A stretch of 64,000 nucleotides of DNA from an uncultured Chloroflexia bacterium (GCA_963751345.1 CAVVUS010000014.1:212601-276600), one strand, 5' to 3'. Positions 28,341 through 37,966 are shown, counted from the stretch's first letter. The notes: generated from the letters alone by a model not told the origin. A program made the numbers and translations.

Positions 28341-29594
28341 GTGGAACAGCCGACGTTCAAAGTCTACGGTTATCGTTGGATCGTGCTCTTAGCATTCATG
28401 TGTATCGTCGTCGCCAACCAGTTCTTATGGATCACGTTCGCGCCGATCACGAGCAGTGCCGCCGCCTTTTACGGCGTCTCGGATCTCAGCATCGGGCTCC
28501 TGTCAATGAGCTTCATGATCGTCTACCTCGTCGTCTCGATCCCTGCCTCATGGGCCATAGACACGTATGGGATCCGCGTTGCCGTGGGGATAGGCGCGGC
28601 GCTCACAGGTGTCTTTGGCCTGCTTCGGGGTCTGTTGGCGGCGAATTTCACGCTGGTACTCATTTCGCAAATCGGCATCGCCGTGGGGCAACCGTTTATC
28701 CTCAACGCCATCACCAAGGTAGCCGCACGTTGGTTTCCAATTCGCGAACGCGCGACCGCGTCAGGTTTCGCGTCGCTGGCCATGTATCTTGGGATTATGC
28801 TCGGCCTGGTGCTGACTCCCTACCTTACGATTCGCTCCGGCATGGCTCAGATGCTTGTCATCTATGGTATCGTGTCCGTGATCGCCGCGATGGTGTTCTT
28901 TGGGTTTGCCAGGGAGCATCCCCCAACACCTCCGTGTCTCCCAGGCCAGGAGGAGCGCGCGCTGGTTTTTGACGGCCTCAAACTGGCCCTAGGCAGGAAG
29001 AGCTTTGTCCTGCTGATGCTGGTCTTCTTTGTGGGGTTGGGCGTGTTCAATGCAGTCACGACGTGGATCGAGGACATCGTAAGGCCGAGGGGGTTCTCGA
29101 TCACGCAGGCGGGCATGACCGGAGGCCTGATGGTCATCGGGGGCATCGTCGGTGCTCTGGTTCTGCCAACGCTGTCCGATCGCTCTCACAGGAGAATCCC
29201 CTTCATGATCCTGGCTTTGGCCGGTGCAACTCTAGGGCTGATCGGCATCACCTACGCCACGGTCTACTGGCTCCTGCTTGTCTCTGCATTTTCCATGGGT
29301 TTCTTTCTGCTGGCTTCAGGCCCGATCGGATTCCAGTACGGCGCCGAGATTGCCTACCCGGCGCCGGAGGGCACCACAAACGGCTTGCTCCTGCTCATGG
29401 GCCAGATCTCGGGGATCGCCTTCATCTTTGGGATGGACGCCCTCAAGTCTCCGGCTACAGGCTCGATGACCCTCTCACTGGCTATTCTCATTGGGTTGAT
29501 GGTCCTGGGCCTGCTCCTTGGCACAAGGCTCAGGGAATCGACGATGATGACCGGAGACGTGAGCCCTTCACAGCCCGACCTGCAGGGCTACTAA
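28341..29594 (+). CDS. MFS transporter
   Basis: 417 aa with about 12 hydrophobic segments. The loop WFPIRERATASG is typical of MFS. GTG start. Confidence 0.85.
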   Translation: MEQPTFKVYGYRWIVLLAFMCIVVANQFLWITFAPITSSAAAFYGVSDLSIGLLSMSFMIVYLVVSIPASWAIDTYGIRVAVGIGAALTGVFGLLRGLLAANFTLVLISQIGIAVGQPFILNAITKVAARWFPIRERATASGFASLAMYLGIMLGLVLTPYLTIRSGMAQMLVIYGIVSVIAAMVFFGFAREHPPTPPCLPGQEERALVFDGLKLALGRKSFVLLMLVFFVGLGVFNAVTTWIEDIVRPRGFSITQAGMTGGLMVIGGIVGALVLPTLSDRSHRRIPFMILALAGATLGLIGITYATVYWLLLVSAFSMGFFLLASGPIGFQYGAEIAYPAPEGTTNGLLLLMGQISGIAFIFGMDALKSPATGSMTLSLAILIGLMVLGLLLGTRLRESTMMTGDVSPSQPDLQGY

Positions 29595-29796
29595 ACCAAT
29601 CCGGTCAAGAGGATGGCGATAGGGCCCGCCCATCCGATTGAGTCACGGGGCGAAGTGCATCTGGCATTCCCTTCAGCCTGAGAAGATGCCCCGCGATTTC
29701 GCGAGGCGTCTTCTTGTGTTACTATGCCGTCGGACGTGGGTTCAGCACCGGATCCTGGCTGGTCCATCTCACGCTGGACCCGGAGCGTGATGGATC

Positions 29797-30936
29797 TTGT
29801 TCCACATCTGCGAAGCATATCACAAAGGAGACTTTCAGGTGAAAACCAATCCTTTCCTCGATCTCGGAGATCTTTATGCCGGCCCAGAGATGCAGGTGAT
29901 CCACGAGCAGATGATTCGGTGGATGGAAAGCACGTTCGGATGGGTCGACGGTGTACTGCGTCAGAATCCACCCACATGGCCGGAACCGGCGATTCGCCGG
30001 CACGCATTGTTCGTATTGGACGACCCCCTCCACGTGCTATCGGCACCGATTGAGCCGTGCTTGAACACGTTTCTCAACAGCAGAATCGAGCATGTGGTAT
30101 CGGAGATTGAGGAGGAGGTGGTCACCAGCGGGGCGACCCTCTGGAAGCTATACAACCACGGCTTCGTGGTCAAGACGCCCGAACTCACGATTGGATTCGA
30201 TCTCCATCGAGGTCCCTTCGAGACCTTCCAAATCGAGTCGGGGCTATTCGATAGGATTCTGGAGGCCACGCAGGCGCTCTTCATCAGTCACGCGCATGGC
30301 GACCACGCTGATGCCGATGCCATTCCCAGGATGGTCGAGCTAGATCGACCGGTGATCGTCCCTCCCGGACTCTGGTCAGAGGCCGCGATCTATCCCAAGT
30401 TGGTCAAGCCCGAACGATACTGGGAGCAGGAGAATCGCTTGGCCTTGGGCGACACGGCTATCACGTATCGCGTCTTCCCGGGGCACCAAGGCACGGAACT
30501 GCTCAACAATGTTTACCTGGTGGGCTTGCCGAACGGCCTCCACGTGATGCACACCGGCGACCAGTCGAACCGGGAGGATTTCGGCGTCTGGATCGATGGG
30601 TTGCACGAGCGGTTCAGCGTCGACGTCCTGCTTCCCAACTGCTGGTCAACCGACCTACCGCGGCTGATTCATGAGGTGACTCCCCGTCTGGTGATCACGG
30701 GCCACGAAAACGAGATGTCCCATCCGGTAGACCACCGCGAAGCCTTCTCCAAGACCTATGCGCACATCGCCGGCGAGCCGACCCCGGTCCTGGTGATGGC
30801 CTGGGGCGAACGTTATCACTACGAGCAAGGCCAACTTCTTGGTCCTGTGGCGCCTGAGGATGGTTCGAGAGTGGGTCAAGTACAGGACAGCGCTCTCAAG
30901 ACGGTCCAGGACTACTTACACAGATTTGACGGATAG
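29797..30936 (+). CDS. MBL-fold metallo-hydrolase
   Basis: 379 aa. It carries the HxHxDH motif ISHAHGDHAD, followed later by HTGD and GHENE. The exact start is uncertain. Confidence 0.7.
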   Translation: MFHICEAYHKGDFQVKTNPFLDLGDLYAGPEMQVIHEQMIRWMESTFGWVDGVLRQNPPTWPEPAIRRHALFVLDDPLHVLSAPIEPCLNTFLNSRIEHVVSEIEEEVVTSGATLWKLYNHGFVVKTPELTIGFDLHRGPFETFQIESGLFDRILEATQALFISHAHGDHADADAIPRMVELDRPVIVPPGLWSEAAIYPKLVKPERYWEQENRLALGDTAITYRVFPGHQGTELLNNVYLVGLPNGLHVMHTGDQSNREDFGVWIDGLHERFSVDVLLPNCWSTDLPRLIHEVTPRLVITGHENEMSHPVDHREAFSKTYAHIAGEPTPVLVMAWGERYHYEQGQLLGPVAPEDGSRVGQVQDSALKTVQDYLHRFDG

Positions 30937-31002
30937 TGGGTGGCGCTATGAGGACAGCCCAAAAGCCCCCACGGAACCCCGACGCCCCCGAGGATAGATA
31001 GA

Positions 31003-32289
31003 GTGGCACCACGTCATAGCCAAATAGATGGTCACATTGATATGGGGAGACTGCTGTTCCCGCTCGGACTGGGAACCGCCCTGTCGCTCATGGGAGATGC
31101 GACGCTATATACCGTACTCCCCACCCACACAGCCGAGGCGGGTATCACCTTAGGAGGGGTAGGCGTCCTGCTCGGGGTCAACCGCGCCGTGCGGCTGTTC
31201 CTCAACGGCCCTGCCGGCCTGGCCTACGATCGTTGGCCCCGCCGCCGGCTCTTCATCTCGGCCCTCTTCATCGGGGCGCTCTCCACCGCACTATATGCCG
31301 CGACTCACGGGTTCTGGCCTCTGCTTGTTGGGCGCATGCTCTGGGGGCTGGCATGGTCGGGCATCTGGGTCGGCGGGGCGACGATGATCCTCGATGCAGC
31401 GGCGACCCAAGAGCGAGGTCGATGGACCGGGCTCTACCAGACATGGTTCTTCGTGGGGTCGGCCCTCGGCGCGTTCGGCGGCGGGGTGCTCACGGACCTG
31501 CTGGGCTACACCCTGACCATGGCGATCGGTGCGGCGCTGACGGCTGCGGGCGGCGTGGTCGCCTTTTTCCTGTTGCCGGAGACATCCGGCGCCCGAGCGC
31601 TGATGGATGCCGCCGGCGCGCGCAGCGCACCTGCCTCGAGCCCGGGCTTGAGGCCCGACAGGCCCAATCGCCTGAGCCTCAGGGCGAATGGGGGGCTTTG
31701 GCTCACCATCTCCTTGCAGGGCGTCAACCGTTTCATCGTCTCGGGCGTGGTGTCAGCCACCCTCGGGCTCTTGATCCAGGACTGGGCTCAGAGAGCCGGC
31801 ATAGCGATCGGCGTTGCGACCCTGACGGGCGTGGCGATGGCCGGGCGGACGCTGCTAAGTATGGTGGCAGCTCCACTCGCCGGGACGATGTCGGACCGGC
31901 AGGGCAGTCGCTGGCCGGTCGTCGCGTGGAGTCTGGGCATCGGGACGGCTGGGATGGGACTGTTGGCACTGGGCGGGCCGGTCTGGATCTTGCTGGGTGT
32001 CTCAACCGTGGCAGTTTCCGGCGGAGGTCTGCAGGCCCTGGCGACAGCGCTAACCGGCGACGCCGTCGATCCCTCACAACGAGGCCGAGCCATCGGCCTG
32101 CTGCACACCGCGGGTGATTTCGGCAGCGCCATCGGCCCGTCGCTGGCCTATGCACTGCTGCCGGTCATTGGGCTGCGCGCAATGTACCTACTGTGCGCAG
32201 CTGTCTTTCTGGTCAGTCTGGGCCCGGTTATTCGCTTCTTCGGCAAAGAGCAAGGGCAACACACCACAGCTCAGGCTTCACACGGTTAG
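31003..32289 (+). CDS. MFS transporter
   Basis: 428 aa, multi-TM. It has the YDRWPRRR loop and the MSDRQGSRW loop. The real start may be the ATG at 31042. Confidence 0.85.
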   Translation: MAPRHSQIDGHIDMGRLLFPLGLGTALSLMGDATLYTVLPTHTAEAGITLGGVGVLLGVNRAVRLFLNGPAGLAYDRWPRRRLFISALFIGALSTALYAATHGFWPLLVGRMLWGLAWSGIWVGGATMILDAAATQERGRWTGLYQTWFFVGSALGAFGGGVLTDLLGYTLTMAIGAALTAAGGVVAFFLLPETSGARALMDAAGARSAPASSPGLRPDRPNRLSLRANGGLWLTISLQGVNRFIVSGVVSATLGLLIQDWAQRAGIAIGVATLTGVAMAGRTLLSMVAAPLAGTMSDRQGSRWPVVAWSLGIGTAGMGLLALGGPVWILLGVSTVAVSGGGLQALATALTGDAVDPSQRGRAIGLLHTAGDFGSAIGPSLAYALLPVIGLRAMYLLCAAVFLVSLGPVIRFFGKEQGQHTTAQASHG

Positions 32290-32502
32290 GGGCCCCGAGA
32301 CCGAACTGGGAGGCCAAGGAGCCGGGGTATCGATACTCACGACAACGCTGCCCTGATAGCTTTCTCCCGCACGGCACCCTGTCCACCAAGAAGACTTGCG
32401 AAGGGCGTGCGACTGCGATACGATGCAGCGAGCTCGAGAACAATGCCGGAGCCCCCGGCACCATGTCACCGATTCTCTCATGCGCTGAGTTGCTGATTTG
32501 CC

Positions 32503-33201
32503 ATGGACACTCGCTACCACATTGCGCTGACACGGATGGCTCTGAAGGACGACTTCAGCGAGGCCGCGCTCGCCGAGGTGATCGCGGCGAACCTGGGTCA
32601 GGATGCCCTACGCTATCAACTCGGCGCTTATCCGCACTTCCACTTCGACAACAACCGCATCGCAGCCTCGCTCGCCTATGTTGAAGACCAACATGCCGCT
32701 ATCGCTGCGGCGGCGTCAGAGAGAGATGGTCCGCGGATGCGGGCCGCGCTAGGCCACATCTTTCACACCGTGCAGGACTTCTACGCCCACGCCAACTACG
32801 TCGACCTCTGGCTGGAGGCCCAGGAGGGTCCGTCGCGCCCACCCCCTGAGGCCATCGACGGCCTGAACGAGCAGATCCTGGCCCATCCCAACCTGCGGAC
32901 CGGCACCTTCGTGATGCTGCGGGACTTCATTTATTACGTACCCCTCATCGGACGCATTGCCCGCAGGATCTACGTCCCGCCGGGCTCACACGAGGCAATG
33001 CACCTCGATTCACCCGACCGTGGCTGGAAGTTCAACTACGCCTTCAGGGCCGCCTACCAGCGCACGTGCGCCGAATATCGGCGCGCAGGTGATGCGGTCA
33101 TCCGGGCCGGTGGCCAGGCGGCCCTCCGGTCATTGACAACCGAGGGCCAGGAATCCGGATTCAGTTCGTCGCCTTCTCCGCCACCGGCAAGACCACTGTG
33201 A
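32503..33201 (+). CDS. hypothetical protein with a Het-C / zinc-phospholipase-C-like His motif
   Basis: 232 aa. HFHFDNN and HTVQDFYAHANYV resemble the Het-C / VWA7 N-terminal domain pattern (HxxQDxxAHSNxV). Its 3' end overlaps the convergent kinase gene by about 40 nt. Confidence 0.4.
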   Translation: MDTRYHIALTRMALKDDFSEAALAEVIAANLGQDALRYQLGAYPHFHFDNNRIAASLAYVEDQHAAIAAAASERDGPRMRAALGHIFHTVQDFYAHANYVDLWLEAQEGPSRPPPEAIDGLNEQILAHPNLRTGTFVMLRDFIYYVPLIGRIARRIYVPPGSHEAMHLDSPDRGWKFNYAFRAAYQRTCAEYRRAGDAVIRAGGQAALRSLTTEGQESGFSSSPSPPPARPL

Positions 33202-34678
33202 ACCGGCTGCCCTCGCCAGGACGGCTCTCCACCTCGACGCGCCCTCCGTAAGCCTCTGCCACGCCTTTTACCAGCGCGAGGCCCAAGCCGGCTCCCCCCT
33301 TCTTGCGCGCCCGCGCTTTGTCGACCCGGTAAAAGCGGTCGAAAATGCGGGGGATATCCTCCGGCGGGATCCCCGGGCCGGTGTCGATGACAGAGACCCG
33401 GACGGTCCGGTTGGTCACTTCTGCGGCAAGGGTGATGGTACCGTCAGGTGCCGTGTACTTGATCGCATTGTCCAACAGGTTGCGGATGGCCGCCTGAATC
33501 TGGTCCACGTTGGCAGAGACCGGCGGCAGATGCGGCGGAACCTCGACCTGCAGACGATGACCGGCAAGTTGTAGCAGCGGACCGAAGTCGTCGGCTACCT
33601 GATACAGCAGTGGCGCCAGGTCGATCTGCGCATAGGGCGGCAGTTCGTGGGCGTCCAGCGCCGCCAAAGCCAGCAGATGGTCAACAAGGCGGCGCAGATG
33701 CTGGATCTCGTCCGCCATCTGCCCCACGTAATGATCGACCAGTTCGGGCTGGTCCTTCCCGTGTGCCTGAGCAAGCTCAAGCCGGAGGCTCAGAGCAGTG
33801 AGCGGGGTCCGCAGCTCGTGGGCGGCATGAGCGACGAAGTCACGCTGACGGGCCAGCATATCCCGAAGACGGGCCGTCATTTGATTGAAGGCAGTTGCCA
33901 GGCGGCGGAGCTCTTCCGGGCCACCGGGCCGAACCTGGTAAGTCAGATCCCCGCCGGCAATAGCGTCAGCACCACGCGTCAAGGCGCCAATAGGATGCAG
34001 GATGAAGTGCGCCATGCCGATGCTGATGAGGATGGTCAACAGGGCCACGCCACCCCCGGCAAGGAAGAGGCCGGCCCAGGTCTCCGCAATCTGCCGGTTA
34101 ACCGACGCCATTGGGAGCGAGAGCTGGACATACCCGGCGAGGGCACCGCCGGTGTTGAGCATCGGCGCGGCGACAAACAACCTGCGATCCTGCGACCACG
34201 CATCTCGACGAACATCACGGGTTTGGGTGCTGAACTCCGGCGCGGAAGCGGGAACTTCTGCCCCCAGCGGGATGGCACCGTCGGAACTGAAGATAACACG
34301 CCGATGAGCATCGGTCAACGTCACGCGCCCGCCGGTACTCGCCGCCGCAGACATCACCAGGTGTGTGAGCGTCTCGTCCGGGGCAATGACCTGGACCGAA
34401 CCGTCGTGGTCATCATCATCCGTCTCCAGCGCGTGTTCCGATTCCACACGGCGCACCAGCGGCTCCTCCAGCCCGTTGGCGACGAGGCGAGCCTGCAGCT
34501 CAAGGTCGTTCCCGGCCTGCGTCAAGGCAGCGGATTGCATCCGCAGCCCAAACCAGAGGATCAGGCCGCCAACGCTCAACACGACCAATGCCAGATAGGT
34601 AGCGGGCAGCAGAAAACGCAACCTCTGGGGCTTGATGCCCCGGAGCACTGGGAACCTGCGCGACTTACGTGACGACAT
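33161..34678 (-). CDS. sensor histidine kinase (TM-sensor-TM, HAMP, HisKA, HATPase)
   Basis: The ORF runs to 34813. The likely start is ATG 34678 (MSSRKSRRFPVL), overlapping the regulator stop. The H-box is FVAHAAHELRTPLTAL and the ATPase boxes are DTGPGI and GGAGLGLALV. Confidence 0.9.
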   Translation of the reverse strand: MSSRKSRRFPVLRGIKPQRLRFLLPATYLALVVLSVGGLILWFGLRMQSAALTQAGNDLELQARLVANGLEEPLVRRVESEHALETDDDDHDGSVQVIAPDETLTHLVMSAAASTGGRVTLTDAHRRVIFSSDGAIPLGAEVPASAPEFSTQTRDVRRDAWSQDRRLFVAAPMLNTGGALAGYVQLSLPMASVNRQIAETWAGLFLAGGGVALLTILISIGMAHFILHPIGALTRGADAIAGGDLTYQVRPGGPEELRRLATAFNQMTARLRDMLARQRDFVAHAAHELRTPLTALSLRLELAQAHGKDQPELVDHYVGQMADEIQHLRRLVDHLLALAALDAHELPPYAQIDLAPLLYQVADDFGPLLQLAGHRLQVEVPPHLPPVSANVDQIQAAIRNLLDNAIKYTAPDGTITLAAEVTNRTVRVSVIDTGPGIPPEDIPRIFDRFYRVDKARARKKGGAGLGLALVKGVAEAYGGRVEVESRPGEGSRFTVVLPVAEKATN

Positions 34679-35390
34679 CGGGGTCCGCGAAGCGGTAGCC
34701 ATAGCCGCGCACCGTCTCAATGAAGCGTGGGGAGGAAGGATCATCCTCCACTTTCTCTCGAAGCCAGCGAATATGCACGTCCAACGTGCGGACATCGCCG
34801 ATCCAATCTTCACCCCACACCGTGTCCAATAGGGTCTGCCGCGCGACGGCGTGCCCGGCCTCTGCCATCAGGGCATAGAGCAAATCAAACTCCCGCTGAG
34901 TGAGCTCAACGGAGCGCTCTCCACGCCAGGCCAGGCGGGCCGTACGATCCAGTACCAAGTCTCCCACCTTGAGGCGCTCGTGCGGCTCATCGATGCCGCG
35001 GTCGAGCTCGCGGCGACGCAGAATCGCACGCACGCGGGCCAACAGCTCGCGGAAACTGAACGGCTTGACGATGTAGTCATCCGCGCCCAGCTCCAGCCCC
35101 ATCACGCGGTCCATCTCCTGGCCACGTGCGGTAAGCATTAGGATGGGGACCGCCGAAGATTTGCGCAGCGCCCGGCAGACAGCGTAGCCGTCCATCGTGG
35201 GCAACATCACGTCGAGCAGGACCAAATCGGGGTCATGATCGAGCGCTTGGGTCAATCCATCTCGACCATCGGTGCTGTGAAGCACGCGAAATCCGGCATC
35301 CTGGAGACCGAAGATCAACGGCTCGGCAATCAGCTCATCATCTTCAATCAGCAGGATCATGACCGGCGTAGGGCCTTGTGATACGGACAT
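34665..35390 (-). CDS. OmpR/PhoB-family response regulator
   Basis: The receiver reads ILLIEDDELI...LLDVMLPTMDGY...DYIVKPF. The winged-helix output reads LTQREFDLLYALM...VDVHIRWLREK...IETVRGYGYRF. Confidence 0.95.
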   Translation of the reverse strand: MSVSQGPTPVMILLIEDDELIAEPLIFGLQDAGFRVLHSTDGRDGLTQALDHDPDLVLLDVMLPTMDGYAVCRALRKSSAVPILMLTARGQEMDRVMGLELGADDYIVKPFSFRELLARVRAILRRRELDRGIDEPHERLKVGDLVLDRTARLAWRGERSVELTQREFDLLYALMAEAGHAVARQTLLDTVWGEDWIGDVRTLDVHIRWLREKVEDDPSSPRFIETVRGYGYRFADPDVVT

Positions 35391-36075
35391 GCACCTCCTC
35401 AGGCGCGCCTGCCCTGGAAGACACGGAGATCAGGATCCGGTAGACGGTCAATGCATAGGTAACCAGCCCAGTACTCAGATAGAGCGCCAACGCCCAGGGA
35501 GTCTGCGCATCCGTCCCTGCGAGCAGACCGTGTGCGAGTGCCAGATAGAATAGGATGAACGTGGTGTAATGCAAAGCGCGCCAGACCCTGGTGCCGATGC
35601 GGCGGCGCACGTAGGAACTAAGCGCGACCATGGCCAACAGGTAGGCCGCGACCTGCCCCAAGCCCACCCAGAACGGCCGGTATGCCGTAGTCGCGAAAGG
35701 CACCAGCAGCGAAATGAGGCTGAATCCAATGTAGCGATCCCCCAGCAGAATCAGCATATGAAAGACAATATAGACCAGCGCCAACACGCTGAGGCTGCGG
35801 TGTATGCTAGCGGCCTGTCCCGCACCGGGCCAGGCACGAGCGACCTTGCTCGTGAGAAGCAGGCCAAAAGTCACCGATAGCCACACCAAGACGTAGGCTA
35901 CGAAGCCACCCACACGGGCCAGATACCAAAAGGCCGTCTCCTGGGAGATGGAGGTGCCCAGGGCCGGGAACGCTCCCGGCAGCAGGGCTATGACTAACGC
36001 AATGCTCAGGACCCCCACAGCCACTATTCCCCACGATATAGCATCGCGACCCTTCACAGTATCACCTCCACGCAT
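35344..36075 (-). CDS. ferric-reductase-like transmembrane protein (putative di-haem b, MsrQ/FRD type)
   Basis: There are six hydrophobic segments with conserved-looking His (IHRSLS, VFHMLIL, LHYTTF, LAHGLL). I prefer the ATG at 36075, which overlaps the apbE end by 14 nt. Confidence 0.6.
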   Translation of the reverse strand: MRGGDTVKGRDAISWGIVAVGVLSIALVIALLPGAFPALGTSISQETAFWYLARVGGFVAYVLVWLSVTFGLLLTSKVARAWPGAGQAASIHRSLSVLALVYIVFHMLILLGDRYIGFSLISLLVPFATTAYRPFWVGLGQVAAYLLAMVALSSYVRRRIGTRVWRALHYTTFILFYLALAHGLLAGTDAQTPWALALYLSTGLVTYALTVYRILISVSSRAGAPEEVHVRITRPYAGHDPAD

Positions 36076-37174
36076 GATCGTCGCGCACTCTGCCTGGCAG
36101 GTAGGCTCCCATCCCCTGCGTCCGCCACTGACGCCCGTCCTGATCCACAAGCACGCCCTCGAGCTCGGGGTGTGCCTCCAATAGGGTCAGCCCAGCCGAG
36201 CGGCCCAGAACCATCACCACGAGAGCATAGAGATCAGCCCTGGCCGCATCCGGAGCGATCACGGTAGCCGTAAGCAGGTCAGTGGCAGCCGGCTGACCGG
36301 TGCGTGGATCGATGATGTGATGCTGCACAGCACCATTTGAGACCCAGCGGCGGTAGTCTACACCGGAGGTGGCCACGCCGCGGTCATGCACCACAATCGT
36401 CGCAATCGGAAGTACGTCGTTGTTGGGGTCGGCGATACCGATTGGCCACCCACGTACACCGGGCAAGCTCCCACGCACTGCCAGATCGCCACCCGCGTCC
36501 ACCAGACACGGGCCCAGCGATGTCAGCATATCGGCAGCACGTGCCGCGGCCCAACCCTTTGCCGTTCCGCTCAAGTCGAGACGAAGGCCGGGCGGCAGGA
36601 TCACCGTACGATGCATCGCATCACGTTCAATCGTCCGCCAGTGCCCACCGTTCCCCTGCCACCCACTGATCTGATGGCTTCCATCTGTCTGCTGGCGCTC
36701 GCCGGTCTGCTGGCGCTCGCCGGTCTGCTGGCGCTCGCCGGTCTGCCGGCGCATGGCCCTTGAACTTGGGGCACCAGCACCGCCCCCGCGGCGGATCTCG
36801 TCGAAATCCCTCTCGTATCCTGCAGCAACCAGAGCGTCCAGCATCGTGGGATTATAGAGCCCACCGGTCTCCTGTGCTGCCTTCAGTGCCCAGGCCAGTG
36901 CATCCCATAGTAGCGAGCTGACAGCTACCTGCCGGCCGGGAGAGACATTCAGACGACCGAGCTCGCTATCCGGTTGGAAGCGGGTGAGTCTGGCATCCAC
37001 CAGCATCATCCACATTTGCACCAGGTCGAGCCGCTCCTCGGCAGCGGCCCTATCACGCGCCAACACCCACGCACCCATTTCGCAGCCCATGGCGCGGAAC
37101 GCCACGTGGTAGAGCTTGGCATCAAGCTCTACCGGGTCGGCGAACCGCACCGGGGCCGTCATCGTGGTCATCAT
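36062..37174 (-). CDS. apbE: FAD:protein FMN transferase (ApbE family) with an internal ERQQTG tandem-repeat insertion
   Basis: ApbE-like segments are FRAMGCEM, DLSGTAKGWA, GGDLAV and VATSGDYRRW-like (VATSGVDYRRW). The start ATG at 37174 overlaps the upstream stop (ATGA). I do not recognise an N-terminal signal peptide. Confidence 0.85.
   Translation of the reverse strand: MMTTMTAPVRFADPVELDAKLYHVAFRAMGCEMGAWVLARDRAAAEERLDLVQMWMMLVDARLTRFQPDSELGRLNVSPGRQVAVSSLLWDALAWALKAAQETGGLYNPTMLDALVAAGYERDFDEIRRGGGAGAPSSRAMRRQTGERQQTGERQQTGERQQTDGSHQISGWQGNGGHWRTIERDAMHRTVILPPGLRLDLSGTAKGWAAARAADMLTSLGPCLVDAGGDLAVRGSLPGVRGWPIGIADPNNDVLPIATIVVHDRGVATSGVDYRRWVSNGAVQHHIIDPRTGQPAATDLLTATVIAPDAARADLYALVVMVLGRSAGLTLLEAHPELEGVLVDQDGRQWRTQGMGAYLPGRVRDDHAWR
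36687..36753 (-). repeat. 18-bp tandem repeat, 3 perfect copies plus one partial, in frame within apbE
   Basis: The plus-strand unit GTCTGCTGGCGCTCGCCG occurs three times, then GTCTGCCGGCGCA. It encodes (E)RQQTG repeats. Confidence 0.95.
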
Positions 37175-37518
37175 CTGGACGAGCGCGTTGTCACAAACGG
37201 CCGCGCAGGCAACGGGGCCGAGGCTGATGGCGCCTGGGTCTGTGGACGCGACGCGGGCGCCGCCACTTGCGGCACCGGGGGAAGGTCCACCTGAGATCCG
37301 GATGGCGACGCCGGCGCGGCATAGGCCTGCAGTGCCTGAACAGTAGGGATTGGCGGCAGCTCGACCGTCACCGATTGCGTTGCACCAGATGTTGCCGGCG
37401 CAACTTGCGGCGTGGAATCTGTGGCCTGGCGGGCCAGGAACACCCACCCACCTACCGTAGCGCCAAGCGACAGCGCAACCATCCAGGGCTTGAGCACCGA
37501 ATTGCGTGGTTTAGTCAT
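37171..37518 (-). CDS. small membrane-anchored Pro/Ala-rich protein containing a TSGAT motif
   Basis: This is the inner part of ORF 37171..37797, from ATG 37518 (MTKPRNSVLKPWMVALSLGATVGGWVFLARQ...). The start overlaps the upstream stop (ATGACTAA) and the stop overlaps the apbE start. The alternative reading, a Cys-rich apbE N-terminal extension, looks less protein-like. Confidence 0.5.
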   Translation of the reverse strand: MTKPRNSVLKPWMVALSLGATVGGWVFLARQATDSTPQVAPATSGATQSVTVELPPIPTVQALQAYAAPASPSGSQVDLPPVPQVAAPASRPQTQAPSASAPLPARPFVTTRSSR

Positions 37519-37966
37519 CGTCCCCCTCCCGATTGTGTGACTCAAAGGCCCCATCGTCAGAATAGGGTTGCCCATAGGCAGGGGCCGCGGGGGCAGGCGA
37601 CGCCTGTCGTGCCGCCTGTTGCTGCAGTAGGGCGTTAGCGCGTTGGAGCGTCTGTTGGTAGGCAGCCTCACGCGCCAGTAACGTCTGGTTCTGAGTGACC
37701 AGCGCCGCCTGTTCTTGCTGCAGTTGCGCGATCGTGGCATTTGCCTGCTGGATCTCTTGATTAGCCTTCTGTAGCCGAGCTTGGTATTCCGCCTCACGAG
37801 CTAACAGAATATCGACCGTTGCAGGATCCGATGGGGACACGACGGCAGCTTCTACCGGAGCAGGGCCCCTCTGCCCGTGCATCAACGACAGCGCTATCAA
37901 GCTACCGGCGCCCAGCACAAAGACCGTCAGCACCGCCGTGATCCACAAAGCCCTCCGCTGCCTCAT
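37511..37966 (-). CDS. membrane-anchored coiled-coil protein
   Basis: 151 aa. An N-terminal TM (LWITAVLTVFVLGAGSLIALSL) is followed by Q/A-rich heptad-like repeats (LLAREAEYQARLQKANQEIQQANATIAQLQQEQAAL...). Confidence 0.6.
   Translation of the reverse strand: MRQRRALWITAVLTVFVLGAGSLIALSLMHGQRGPAPVEAAVVSPSDPATVDILLAREAEYQARLQKANQEIQQANATIAQLQQEQAALVTQNQTLLAREAAYQQTLQRANALLQQQAARQASPAPAAPAYGQPYSDDGAFESHNREGDDD

Noticed and set aside
36687-36753. Possible CRISPR array, considered for the 18-bp repeats at 36.7, 39.1 and 61.7 kb and for the octamer arrays.
   Set aside because: The repeats are contiguous with no spacers. The 18-bp ones are in frame inside conserved genes. The units are far shorter than CRISPR repeats, and no cas genes are present.
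37174-37447. Long N-terminal extension of ApbE (the ORF-track start at 37447).
   Set aside because: The translation (…HRFHAASCAGNIWCNAIGDG…CAAVCDN…) is Cys-rich and not protein-like. The other frame gives a TM-anchored protein whose start and stop both overlap its neighbours in the ATGA style. This remains a judgement call.
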